This document shows positions 35,356 to 44,340 of a DNA stretch of 64,000 nucleotides, in pieces. The translations under genes and the position numbers were made by a program. This stretch comes from a virus. How positions within the stretch are numbered: the stretch's first letter is position 1; every line of letters begins with the position of its first letter. The DNA lies in the IMG/VR virus record IMGVR_UViG_3300046804_001782, positions 1-64,000 of that record; one strand, written 5' to 3'. The notes under the pieces were generated by a model. The model saw only the letters and a list, made by a program, of their open reading frames with translations, had not been told where the DNA came from and ran no database searches.

Positions 35356-35779
35356 CTATGTATGCCTTCTTTTCAACAACCTTAAATGCCCACGTTACTT
35401 TTTCTTTATTAAAAGATTCAATGATAGGAGAGGCTTCTCTGTGCTCCCAAGCGTAAGCAAGCAGTTTATCTTCATCGACTACTTCTTTGAAGATCACGCG
35501 TTTTACATCATTAAAAATACCTTCTGACTTTGCCCACTGTTCCGCTGACTCTTCATCAAAGGATAGGGAGGAACGCCTTTCCTTTTTCAACTGCCTATTT
35601 CCTGCCGGGAGCCAGAGGTTTCCTTTTTCATCTGGTTGTCCCTGCTCATCGACAAGTCGTGTAAGAGCCTCTTTTAACTCATTCAGCCTAGTTGTAACCT
35701 TGTCCAACATAGATTTGGTATTTACATACTCTTCTGAGAGTCGCTCTATATCTTCTTTTGTGTACATGTTATGCCTCAT
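35345..35779 (-). CDS. Coiled-coil phage protein (Gam/Gp157-like)
   Basis: Coiled coil, ERRSSLSFD, EVVDEDKL. Confidence 0.5.
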   Translation of the reverse strand: MRHNMYTKEDIERLSEEYVNTKSMLDKVTTRLNELKEALTRLVDEQGQPDEKGNLWLPAGNRQLKKERRSSLSFDEESAEQWAKSEGIFNDVKRVIFKEVVDEDKLLAYAWEHREASPIIESFNKEKVTWAFKVVEKKAYIDES

Positions 35780-37329
35780 ATATTTGAAGAACGTAAAAAG
35801 GACGATAAGGTACTTAAGGTGATATCCATACCCCCACGTATGTCATGATGTTTACCATCAACAAACGCTTCATTTACAGATCGTTTATGTTGAAGCATGT
35901 CATATTGTCTTTCTTCAATACTTCCTTGCATCACAAACGTTGCAATAGTTACGTGTTCAAAGGTGGATGACAATCTGATAATCCTTGCTTCTCGTTGTTC
36001 TAGTTTGCCACTAGACCAAGGTAAGTCGTAAGATATTAAATAGTTTGCCATAGGTAGATCAACACCGTAACCACCGGCATCTGATGACAAAAACACTCTA
36101 ACATGATCGTCTGTAGAAAACTTCTGTTTTGCCACATCTTTTTCATCTGAAGACATATCTCCAGTGAACTTTACGCATTGTGTTAGTTTGTTAAGACGTT
36201 GTTCTATGATGTCTAGATTCTTTTTAAAGAAAGAAAACAATACAACTTTATTATTTGGTTCTTCTGAAAGAATCTGTTCTACGTAATCAACCACTGCATC
36301 AAGTTTTGGGGTCGCTGTAGTAGTAACCATGCCCTTTTGAACAATTGAATGAGCATAAACACTGCCCGCTTTTGATCCTGTTTCTTCTAATTGTTTTGCA
36401 GAAACTCTGATGAGGTCTGGATTGTCACAGAGCATGCGGAGCACGGTAAGGCGGGACATTATTTCCCCTTGAGCCTCATTTGAGGATGGGTCGTTGTAGT
36501 GCTTCCATAAATTAAAGCCTGCACCGTGTTTAGATACTGCTTGCTGCAATTGGTGAAGAAGGTCAGAGGATATAGAACGGTATAAAGCAGCACCTTGTAT
36601 ATCAAAAGGAACCGGTATCACTTGATGAATAATCTTTGGAAGTTGATCGGCAATCTCTTCTCTTGTTTTTCGTATAAGACATTCCGTCAATGATTTATGT
36701 AATACGTTAAGATTTTTATACCGGGTGGGCCTGCCAAAGTGATCACGAACTATAAAGGTGCGATCAAACTCTCTGAAATTTCCCAGAACAGATGGGTCTA
36801 CAAACTCCATAATACTAAACAACTCTTCAGGTTTATTCTCAATGGGTTGTCCAGTTAGTGCAAAACGATAGGGAACTGGTTTAGATAACTTTTTAAGAAA
36901 CCTAGATCTCTTGCTTGAGCGAGATTTTAATAAGGTTGCTTCATCAATGACCAAGGATTGCCATGTGTAGTGCTTTAGTTTTAACACGTCGCGCATCAAA
37001 GATTCTGGATTTACGATTATGTATTTTGTTGAGATGGAAGTTTTCCATAAACGATCTCTAACAGACGGACTGCCATCTATAACAATTACATTAGAATCTG
37101 TAAACTTTTCTATTTCCCGTTTCCACTGATACTTCAACGCCGCTGGAACAACCACTAAACAGCGGTCTACTTCACCTTGTTGAAAAAGTGTCTCAACAGC
37201 AGCAAGCGTTGTAACAGTCTTACCCCCACCCATAGTAATACCAAGAAGCATGGTGCCACGATCCACCATCTTGTCCACAGCCTCTTGTTGATACGGATAT
37301 AGGGTTCCTTTAAACACTAGGACACCCAA
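35776..37329 (-). CDS. SNF2-family helicase
   Basis: MGGGKT, DEAT, LTGQP, QREARIIR. Confidence 0.9.
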   Translation of the reverse strand: MGVLVFKGTLYPYQQEAVDKMVDRGTMLLGITMGGGKTVTTLAAVETLFQQGEVDRCLVVVPAALKYQWKREIEKFTDSNVIVIDGSPSVRDRLWKTSISTKYIIVNPESLMRDVLKLKHYTWQSLVIDEATLLKSRSSKRSRFLKKLSKPVPYRFALTGQPIENKPEELFSIMEFVDPSVLGNFREFDRTFIVRDHFGRPTRYKNLNVLHKSLTECLIRKTREEIADQLPKIIHQVIPVPFDIQGAALYRSISSDLLHQLQQAVSKHGAGFNLWKHYNDPSSNEAQGEIMSRLTVLRMLCDNPDLIRVSAKQLEETGSKAGSVYAHSIVQKGMVTTTATPKLDAVVDYVEQILSEEPNNKVVLFSFFKKNLDIIEQRLNKLTQCVKFTGDMSSDEKDVAKQKFSTDDHVRVFLSSDAGGYGVDLPMANYLISYDLPWSSGKLEQREARIIRLSSTFEHVTIATFVMQGSIEERQYDMLQHKRSVNEAFVDGKHHDIRGGMDITLSTLSSFLRSSNI

Positions 37330-38243
37330 GGAGGCAACACTGTAGCGGTTTTTAAACCCTGCTCAATCTCGTCGTCGGTCATGTCCCCGATGTCTTTCGC
37401 ATCAGTAGACGAGTAATTCCACCAGCGTGTACCGCGACGAGGAGTTCCAAGGTTTTTCATGATTCTCTTACTGGCTTCCTTACCGGCCTTATCATTATCC
37501 ATTGCAATAATGATACTGTCAGCGATGGCCGTTAGCAATCTCAATTGCTGAGTGCTGACTTGTGCTCCAAAGGATGCCAGTGCTTGTGGTTTATCAAAAA
37601 CACCAGCAAAGCGTATAACGTCCAAAGGAGACTCAACAAGTATGGCAGTTTTACTGCGGAATCTTTCAATGCCAAATAACGTTGTACTCTTTTCTACTCC
37701 TATTGGGTAGTTTCTTACATGTCCGACTTTCTTTTCTTGCCAGCCACGGAGTATCCCTGTTGTGTCAAAAATGGGTATCGCCCATGATTTGTTCTGGGAA
37801 TTCCATCTAACTCCATAAGAAAAAACAATATCAGGGTCTAATCCCCTCATATAACATTTCTTATCAGACACTCGGCTAAAAGAAAAGAACTGGGTTGGAT
37901 CGAACTGGTGTTCTATTTCCTGTTGTTTAGGAGATAACAAACGATTTAAACCGTGAGTTACAAGCATCTTTTGAACACCAAAGGTATCAACAGAACCATT
38001 AGATAGTTCATTGATCAGCATGGACAATGTACCTCTTGCTCCACAAGAGAAACAAAGCCACAGACCTGATTCGGCGTTCATACTCCACGATGGGTTGGAG
38101 TCTTCATGTCCAGTAACTCTGCGGTGAACTGGGCATTTACCGGTGATTTCACGATCACCGGCCCTCTTTACAGCAACACCTAGATCTAATAAAACCGCTA
38201 GTAAATCAGTCGAATGATGGATTGACATCGTAGTCATCACCAT
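37317..38243 (-). CDS. DNA primase (CHC2 zinc finger plus Toprim)
   Basis: CPVH...CFSC, VESPLD, MDNDKAG, KDIGD. Confidence 0.9.
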   Translation of the reverse strand: MVMTTMSIHHSTDLLAVLLDLGVAVKRAGDREITGKCPVHRRVTGHEDSNPSWSMNAESGLWLCFSCGARGTLSMLINELSNGSVDTFGVQKMLVTHGLNRLLSPKQQEIEHQFDPTQFFSFSRVSDKKCYMRGLDPDIVFSYGVRWNSQNKSWAIPIFDTTGILRGWQEKKVGHVRNYPIGVEKSTTLFGIERFRSKTAILVESPLDVIRFAGVFDKPQALASFGAQVSTQQLRLLTAIADSIIIAMDNDKAGKEASKRIMKNLGTPRRGTRWWNYSSTDAKDIGDMTDDEIEQGLKTATVLPPWVS

Positions 38244-39471
38244 CTACCTCTTCAAATTCCATAGTGTTCCAGTCCCACTTGATGTGTACGACACCTGTTG
38301 GGGCTGAACGAGCAATGACTACTCGGATAATTGCTTGATCATCTAGATCTGGGTTTCTCTCAACGCCAAGAACGAGGTCTGCGTCCTGAGCAAAAGATGA
38401 CGAGTAGCCAATCGCATCAGCAGTTACTGCACGTGTTTTCTTATTATTAAGTTTCCAACCTAATACTTGTGTGGTAGCAACTACTGGAATGTCAAACCTC
38501 TGGGCCAACCGCTTTAGCGACCGGGTGATGTTGGTAAGAGCCTGTGGTGATCCCTTTGGTTCTCCTTCTTCATCATCCATGAGGTATACACCATCAACAA
38601 TGAGCAGATCAGGTTGGTATTCTTGCACCTTACTGGCCAAGGCACTAACAGTAGTTAGTGATGCCGTGTCTTCTGAAAAGACGAATGGTTGCATGTTCTT
38701 GCGTAGGGACAATGCCTTTCGTATCTTTTTCATATCTATGTCTGTGAGATCACCACTCAGGATCCGGGTATAGGGAACCTTAGAGATGAATGAGTCGTAA
38801 CGAGCCTCTTGCTCTTCGATGCTCATCTCAAAAGAAACAAACAAAGGACGCTTTCCATGTGTGTGGGCTGAGTTACCTATGATCAAAGCGAATAGAGACT
38901 TGCCTCGTTTAGGTTCTCCTACGAACACAATAAACTGTTGTGGGCGTAGACCATGAGTGATCCTATCAAGACCATGAAACCCAGTGGGAATACCACGCAA
39001 GGCATTGGGTGTTGCCCGTAACTCATCATACCTGATGAGTCTATTTTCCCAGTTTTGAATGATGTCGATGTCACGTAAGCGTGCTGACTCTACTGCTGTT
39101 TTTTGTAAGCCAGTAGTTAGTGTGGTTAAAGCACTATCAAGATCATCATTGTTGAGTTCAGGAATTGCTTCAGCAAGGGTGTCCATAAGGACACGCTTTT
39201 TGTAGTTGTTGAATATTTCATCAATAAGACGGGTAAATGGTTCGTCGGAAGCATCCTCTAAGTCAATGTCTCCAAACTCTTGTGAAAAGACACGTTCCGT
39301 AGGAACAGAACCATGTTCTCTGTAGAAGTCAAGTAACCAAGTCCATACCTTTGGCCATTCCCCACTGAGATGGTCTGGTTTTAATCCAGAACGTACGGCT
39401 ACTTGTATGTCTTTGTCATGTACGATTTTTGATATAAGAAGAAGTTCACTGGATGCCATTAGATTCCCCAA
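38206..39471 (-). CDS. dnaB: DnaB-like replicative helicase
   Basis: GIPTGF, GEPKRGKS, SFEMS, QDAD. Confidence 0.9.
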   Translation of the reverse strand: MGNLMASSELLLISKIVHDKDIQVAVRSGLKPDHLSGEWPKVWTWLLDFYREHGSVPTERVFSQEFGDIDLEDASDEPFTRLIDEIFNNYKKRVLMDTLAEAIPELNNDDLDSALTTLTTGLQKTAVESARLRDIDIIQNWENRLIRYDELRATPNALRGIPTGFHGLDRITHGLRPQQFIVFVGEPKRGKSLFALIIGNSAHTHGKRPLFVSFEMSIEEQEARYDSFISKVPYTRILSGDLTDIDMKKIRKALSLRKNMQPFVFSEDTASLTTVSALASKVQEYQPDLLIVDGVYLMDDEEGEPKGSPQALTNITRSLKRLAQRFDIPVVATTQVLGWKLNNKKTRAVTADAIGYSSSFAQDADLVLGVERNPDLDDQAIIRVVIARSAPTGVVHIKWDWNTMEFEEVDGDDYDVNPSFD

Positions 39472-39887
39472 GACGTTAGCGGATCTACGGCAGTCGCACG
39501 TATTCCAAACATTTGTGCCAATTCTGTTGTTGGTACGTAAATAGTATGAAAACTAAAGTTGTAGCGGTACGCCTCTACTGCTTCAGCAAGACTATCAAAA
39601 GCGTATACCGGACAAGACACCCCACGACGGGTAAGCCATCTATAAACATCATCTTCCATGTGTGTTCCAAGAGTTGTGAACACAGCAGTAGTGATATCTA
39701 AACGGTTTGTTTGATCAATGAGAGTCTTTAGAGGAAGTTCATGAGCAACCCAACCTTTTAGGGTTGTGATGTCATCATTGGGACGGAACTTAAAAACCCT
39801 GCGCTTTGTTGGTGATGCAATAAGACCTTCAAATAAACAGGCACGTTCTGGACGCTCATAGATTGCTATGTCTCCACGTTCCATCAA
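39459..39887 (-). CDS. Hypothetical protein (possible degenerate HAD fold)
   Basis: MERGDI, CLFEGLI. Confidence 0.5.
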   Translation of the reverse strand: MMERGDIAIYERPERACLFEGLIASPTKRRVFKFRPNDDITTLKGWVAHELPLKTLIDQTNRLDITTAVFTTLGTHMEDDVYRWLTRRGVSCPVYAFDSLAEAVEAYRYNFSFHTIYVPTTELAQMFGIRATAVDPLTSWGI

Positions 39888-39888
39888 G

Positions 39889-40473
39889 TCATCCTATCTT
39901 TATTATGGACATCTCATTAATACAACCGCTGACACGCTCACCGTATCGGCGTATGAAGTCAGTCACACCTATGGTAGTGGTTATGATCGTAGAACGCATG
40001 TCCTCGTCACGTTTGCGTATGAGGCTTCCAATCTCATGAACTGAGAAGTCAGTTTCTCTTTCATTGCCAACGCCATCCAACAGCAAAACACTGTAGACAC
40101 CACGGATGTATTTCAGAAGATGTGGGGAAGAATACATCTCTGGAAGAGAACCATCTCCCTCAAAAGAATCTTTGAGCATCTCAATGTACGTCTCGCTGCT
40201 CACGAAGCGTCCTGAGAGGTGGTGTGTACTTACCAATTGTTTTATAGCGCACTGGGCAATGGCGGTCTTTCCTGAACCGCTTGGACCGTGTAGGTACAAA
40301 GACTTTCCGTACTCGTAGGTCTTTACCCAATTGGCAACAGTCCTAGGTAACTCAATTTGTTGAGAACTCCATTTCTTTGGAATTCTTAAGTGAAAGAGTC
40401 GTTCTTCTGTTGAACGATTGTTCCACCACCGCTCTGATTTCCAATCAGTCGGAACCGGGAATTGCTGGGCCAT
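39889..40473 (-). CDS. DnaC/IstB-like helicase loader ATPase
   Basis: LYLHGPSGSGKT, LLLDGVG, TIITT. Confidence 0.8.
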   Translation of the reverse strand: MAQQFPVPTDWKSERWWNNRSTEERLFHLRIPKKWSSQQIELPRTVANWVKTYEYGKSLYLHGPSGSGKTAIAQCAIKQLVSTHHLSGRFVSSETYIEMLKDSFEGDGSLPEMYSSPHLLKYIRGVYSVLLLDGVGNERETDFSVHEIGSLIRKRDEDMRSTIITTTIGVTDFIRRYGERVSGCINEMSIIKIG

Positions 40474-40744
40474 CTAATTCCTCATTGTGGTACTCGTTGT
40501 TTATGATTTCCCAAAACTGAAGATCTTCTTCTATGAAGTCTTCATCATCAATATTGTCCATGAGACAAACTGCATCAATGGTTGTAATCGCAATTGTTGA
40601 ATCATCTGCGTCTGCCAAGAAAGGCATCTTCTCCACGAGGTATTCCTCAAAATCCTCTGGTTTTTCAAAGTTAGCAGTTAACCACTCAACAAATATAAGA
40701 AGTTCGTCAAGGTTGGAGAACTGGTATCCGATGTTGTCAAACAT
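40445..40744 (-). CDS. Highly acidic hypothetical protein
   Basis: D/E-rich, GGAGG SD. Confidence 0.6.
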   Translation of the reverse strand: MFDNIGYQFSNLDELLIFVEWLTANFEKPEDFEEYLVEKMPFLADADDSTIAITTIDAVCLMDNIDDEDFIEEDLQFWEIINNEYHNEELDGPAIPGSD

Positions 40745-41942
40745 GCATAGTCCTCCGGTATTGATAGATCGCTGACACAATAGTACCAGCAGATTCTCGT
40801 ACGTTCCCAGTCAAGAGGTCTTTCGGAAGAGAAAGGTATGACAAAGTACTAGTAAGTGATTCAATGTCATGAGTTTCCTTGCCAAGTTGTGTTTTGACAA
40901 GTGCATCCAGAGCACTTAGGTCGTTCAAGAATTCTTGATTCTTGAAATCTCCTGCCCATTTGTAAATGATACCAACCACTAATTCCGGGTATCTGTACAG
41001 TGATTCTAGGCACCGTGTGGTTACTCCTGTACGGAGGTACGAGTCTTGCACAATGTCCCAAGGCATGTCTAGGGAACCACGATCAAAGTCTGACAGCAAA
41101 AGCATAATTACTGGATCCTCGGTTGTAACCGAAGCGTTGATCCGTTCGATCAATACCTTTTGGATCTTCTTTGAAGCAAATCCAAGGATTGGGTTTTCGT
41201 AGGATGCAAATCTACTGTCATTTAAAAAGTTGTCAATCATTTTCTGAATAGTGTTTGCTGCCAAACCAGACTTCAATAGTGTCTTGAACGTTCTACGTAG
41301 GATACCAACGTCTGTGGGTGGGTAAACCCGCATGACATTGGATCTGTGATGTATGAATTGATTGGTAAGATCGTTAATCACTGTGTTTGAGATCTTGGAA
41401 ACAGTTTTTGTTGATTCTGGATCACTACCAATGATCATGTTTGGACCAACTTTCTGGCTGTCCCCAGCCTTCTTAATACTCTTATTTTTAATACTAGTAC
41501 TATATGTTTCTCTATGCAGTGACATTTCAGCAGGTAGATCTGTATTTTTGGGGGTGTTTATAGGGTCATGGGTGACCCCATACTTTTGGGTGTCAGGTAG
41601 ATCTATAGGGTCATGGGTGACCCCCTGTGGGGTCATGGGTGACCCCATAAACTTGTATTGGATGTGGTACTGGTTGACATTTTTTCCACCACTTCTTGTT
41701 ACTTTAACAACACCTTCCTGTTCAAGCCAATGCAACATTCTCTTCGTCGTTTCACACGACAAATTAGTATGTTCTGCAATTTGTTGAACAGTAGCGGTGG
41801 TTACTTTCGTTCTGATATTCATCAGATCCACTAGAGTACAGAGTATTTCTAATGCTGCACCTTTTTTTGCTTTCGCAATGCGGATGCGTGCCCATCGCGG
41901 TATCGCCAAAAAGGGGCCGTCAAACATGGGTGTGCTTTTCAT
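40737..41942 (-). CDS. Replication initiator-like protein (N-terminal HTH, internal iterons)
   Basis: TVQQIAEHTNLS...LEQEG HTH; repeated GVTHDP; upstream of DnaC-like and DnaB. Confidence 0.65.
   Translation of the reverse strand: MKSTPMFDGPFLAIPRWARIRIAKAKKGAALEILCTLVDLMNIRTKVTTATVQQIAEHTNLSCETTKRMLHWLEQEGVVKVTRSGGKNVNQYHIQYKFMGSPMTPQGVTHDPIDLPDTQKYGVTHDPINTPKNTDLPAEMSLHRETYSTSIKNKSIKKAGDSQKVGPNMIIGSDPESTKTVSKISNTVINDLTNQFIHHRSNVMRVYPPTDVGILRRTFKTLLKSGLAANTIQKMIDNFLNDSRFASYENPILGFASKKIQKVLIERINASVTTEDPVIMLLLSDFDRGSLDMPWDIVQDSYLRTGVTTRCLESLYRYPELVVGIIYKWAGDFKNQEFLNDLSALDALVKTQLGKETHDIESLTSTLSYLSLPKDLLTGNVRESAGTIVSAIYQYRRTMHV
41531..41646. repeat. Iteron cluster / putative replication origin
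   Basis: GGGTCATGGGTGACCCC x3 (41563, 41608, 41630); CAGGTAGATCT x2 (41531, 41594). Confidence 0.75.
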
Positions 41943-41992
41943 GGGAGCATCCACTGTACCGTACAAAAAGATCTTCCGTCTACCGTTGTCAT
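41939..41992 (-). CDS. 17-aa leader peptide MTTVDGRSFCTVQWMLP
   Basis: ATGA-coupled to both the upstream uORF and the initiator; AAGGTGG SD. Confidence 0.4.
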   Translation of the reverse strand: MTTVDGRSFCTVQWMLP

Positions 41993-42048
41993 AACCACCT
42001 TCGATCCTGTATTGTTTGAGAGTCGCTTCGTGGTGGTTGCGGCAACAT
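41989..42048 (-). CDS. 19-aa leader peptide MLPQPPRSDSQTIQDRRWL
   Basis: GAAAGGATAACC-ATG, same SD context as MoxR gene. Confidence 0.4.
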   Translation of the reverse strand: MLPQPPRSDSQTIQDRRWL

Positions 42049-42063
42049 GGTTATCCTTTCGGC

Positions 42064-42112
42064 AAAGGGCCGGGTCAGGCGGTACAATAAGTACCATCAG
42101 ACCCGGCTTTTT
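42064..42112 (+). terminator. GC-rich hairpin with T tract (terminator-like) between divergent units
   Basis: GGGCCGGGTC...GACCCGGCTTTTT. Confidence 0.5.
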
Positions 42113-42125
42113 GTTGTTCTATAGG

Positions 42126-42566
42126 ATGTTTATGAAAGACTTGATCAAGCAGTTGAAAGTTCTTATGTCAGATGTAGTAACTATGTACTTTCAAGCACAT
42201 GGGTACCACTGGAACGTAGAAGGTCAAGACTTTAGTCAGTACCATTCTCTTTTTGCTGACATTTATGAGGATGTTTACGGAAGTATTGATCCCATCGCAG
42301 AAATGATTCGTAAACTTGATGACTACGCACCATTTGGTCTACAGGAGTTTATTGACACCAGAACCGTTTCAGCGGCTAGTGTGGAGCCTGACCCCAAGGC
42401 AATGGCTAAAGCCCTTCTCAAGTCAAATGAGGGGGTTCTCAAGTCACTACAGAAGACCTTTGATTTGGCTATCAAGGCTGATAAACAGGGCGTTGCAAAC
42501 TTCCTTGCTGACCGTATTGACCAGCACGATAAATGGTCATGGCAACTAAAATCGTCTACAAAGTAA
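42126..42566 (+). CDS. dps: Dps (ferritin-like DNA starvation/stationary-phase protection protein)
   Basis: HWNVEG..F..YH.LF..IY, DPIAE, HDKWSWQL. Confidence 0.9.
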   Translation: MFMKDLIKQLKVLMSDVVTMYFQAHGYHWNVEGQDFSQYHSLFADIYEDVYGSIDPIAEMIRKLDDYAPFGLQEFIDTRTVSAASVEPDPKAMAKALLKSNEGVLKSLQKTFDLAIKADKQGVANFLADRIDQHDKWSWQLKSSTK

Positions 42567-42576
42567 AGGATAAAAA

Positions 42577-42771
42577 GTGAACACCAAAGTAACTACCATT
42601 TATACAGGCTCTACTACGGCACCATATGCTTGGACAACCAATGATTATGATGTAGCAGTTTCATTGGCTGGCAAAGATGCAAACCGGTCGGGCCGTTTAT
42701 TCAGTGAAATTTATAATAAAGTTACCAATACCATTGTTGGTTTTGCATCGTATGATGGAAAGGAAATCTGA
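42577..42771 (+). CDS. Hypothetical protein
   Basis: AAAGGA SD, GTG start. Confidence 0.55.
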   Translation: MNTKVTTIYTGSTTAPYAWTTNDYDVAVSLAGKDANRSGRLFSEIYNKVTNTIVGFASYDGKEI

Positions 42772-43055
42772 TGGCCGCCAAGAAGAAATCAGCAGCATGG
42801 ACACGTAAAGAAGGGCAGAACCCAAAGGGTGGCCTTAACGAAAAGGGGCGCAAGTCCTACGAACGGGAGCACCCCGGTAGTAACTTGAAGCATCCTGTCA
42901 AGCGTGGTGAGGCTGCTAAATCAGAGAAGGCTGCTGCTCGTAGGGAATCCTTCTGTGCCCGTATGGAGGGTATGAAGAAGCATAACACTTCCAAAAAGAC
43001 TGCCAACGATCCGAACAGTCGTATCAACAAATCACTCCGGGCATGGGATTGCTAG
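42771..43055 (+). CDS. Basic phage protein, DUF6321-like
   Basis: AWTRKEG.NPKGGLN.KGR.SY, RR.SFCARM, SRINKSLRAWDC. Confidence 0.7.
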   Translation: MAAKKKSAAWTRKEGQNPKGGLNEKGRKSYEREHPGSNLKHPVKRGEAAKSEKAAARRESFCARMEGMKKHNTSKKTANDPNSRINKSLRAWDC

Positions 43056-43219
43056 TGGCTACCAAGAAAGTTTGGGATACGGACAATCCCAAGAAGAAGT
43101 CCAAGAAACTTACTGCTGACCAGAAAGACGCAGCAAAGGAAGCGGCCAAGAAGGCCGGTCGCCCTTACCCCAATCTCGTTGATAACATGAATGCTGCAAA
43201 AAAGAAAGGGGGGAAATAG
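43055..43219 (+). CDS. 54-aa Lys-rich protein (not in ORF track)
   Basis: MATKKVWD...AKKAGRPYPNLVDNMNAAKKK. Confidence 0.65.
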   Translation: MATKKVWDTDNPKKKSKKLTADQKDAAKEAAKKAGRPYPNLVDNMNAAKKKGGK

Positions 43220-43220
43220 T

Positions 43221-43334
43221 ATGTGTAAGGAATGTGGGTGCGGTCTAACCGACAAGAAGGACCCCGGCTACGGCAAGGGTAAGAAGGGCGCAAAGATGAC
43301 TTCTGACAAGAAGAAGCCCGCCAAGAAGAAGTGA
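43221..43334 (+). CDS. 37-aa Lys-rich protein (not in ORF track)
   Basis: MCKECGCG...GYGKGKKGAK...KKK. Confidence 0.55.
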   Translation: MCKECGCGLTDKKDPGYGKGKKGAKMTSDKKKPAKKK

Positions 43335-43337
43335 ATG

Positions 43338-43370
43338 TGAAAAAGGCCCCCAGTTCGGGGGCCTTTTTCA
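43338..43370. terminator. Bidirectional intrinsic terminator
   Basis: TGAAAAAGGCCCCC-AGTTC-GGGGGCCTTTTTCA between convergent genes. Confidence 0.9.
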
Positions 43371-44063
43371 TAGTTCCATTTTCATTCCATCTGAGTAGTA
43401 CACAACTACTTTGACGATGCTTCTGTCCGTTTGAATTGGACTTTTTTCTAGTGCTTCTTCACCAAGCACTACTTTGATAGCCTCATCCTTTGTTTTGGTA
43501 GTCGTTCCCTTGTCTTTAGCCATACGTTTGACAACAGCCGCTGGCATGTTTTCTAGGGTTGACCTATCAAATTTCTCAGGAACATCATCAGTTGGATCAT
43601 CTTCTTCGATGACTTTTTCTTTAATTTCTGCTGGTTCCTCATCAAAAACGATAGGCACCAAACCATTAGTTAACTCTAATGTGGGAAGACCGGCATCAAT
43701 GCACCTCTCTGCCAATGCTTGACTTGCCTCGTTGAGTTTGTCGTCCCACAACAACAATGCAAATCCCTTTACTTCACCATACTTAAGAGTCTCAATGAGG
43801 TACTGGTTTACGTCTCCAGAGATCATGTCCACGTCAGTGGCTTGTGACACAAGTGCTTTAGGAACCTTGGTTGTCTTGTTTGCTACAACAGTAAAGGTCG
43901 CTTCATTATCAAGCAACCAATCATAAACAATCTCAATACCTTCTGTAGGAGAGCCGTACCAAGGCACATAGTAATGCACCTGAGTTCCCACGTCCTCTAA
44001 CGCTGCTTGTATTACTTTAGTAGAGGACGTGCCCGTTCCTAGAATTCCGTATGTTTCTTTCAT
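43368..44063 (-). CDS. Hypothetical protein with C-terminal HeH/Rho-N-like motif
   Basis: LENMPAAVVKRMAKDKG...TKDEAI. Confidence 0.55.
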   Translation of the reverse strand: MKETYGILGTGTSSTKVIQAALEDVGTQVHYYVPWYGSPTEGIEIVYDWLLDNEATFTVVANKTTKVPKALVSQATDVDMISGDVNQYLIETLKYGEVKGFALLLWDDKLNEASQALAERCIDAGLPTLELTNGLVPIVFDEEPAEIKEKVIEEDDPTDDVPEKFDRSTLENMPAAVVKRMAKDKGTTTKTKDEAIKVVLGEEALEKSPIQTDRSIVKVVVYYSDGMKMEL

Positions 44064-44075
44064 GGTGTTCCTTCT

Positions 44076-44330
44076 TCATCGAATGCTGCGCTTTCTGGCA
44101 ACATCACCGACTAGTGTTATTAATCGTAAAACTGTGTGTACAATACCGGCACATGCCGCAACGGTCAAACCCATCACGGGCTTGTGTTCCAATGACAGTA
44201 TAAACACGGAGGCGTACCCTAAAGCAATGCCTACTAGGATCTTTACCCAAGGCATCGCTTCTTTGGGAGACAAGGAGTCAAGCACCTGTACGGTCTTGTA
44301 TACGGCTAGAGATGCTACGAATAATTCCAT
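44076..44330 (-). CDS. Small multi-TM protein, holin-like
   Basis: Two or three hydrophobic segments, basic C-terminus, end of late operon. Confidence 0.45.
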   Translation of the reverse strand: MELFVASLAVYKTVQVLDSLSPKEAMPWVKILVGIALGYASVFILSLEHKPVMGLTVAACAGIVHTVLRLITLVGDVARKRSIR

Positions 44331-44340
44331 GAGGGAAATA

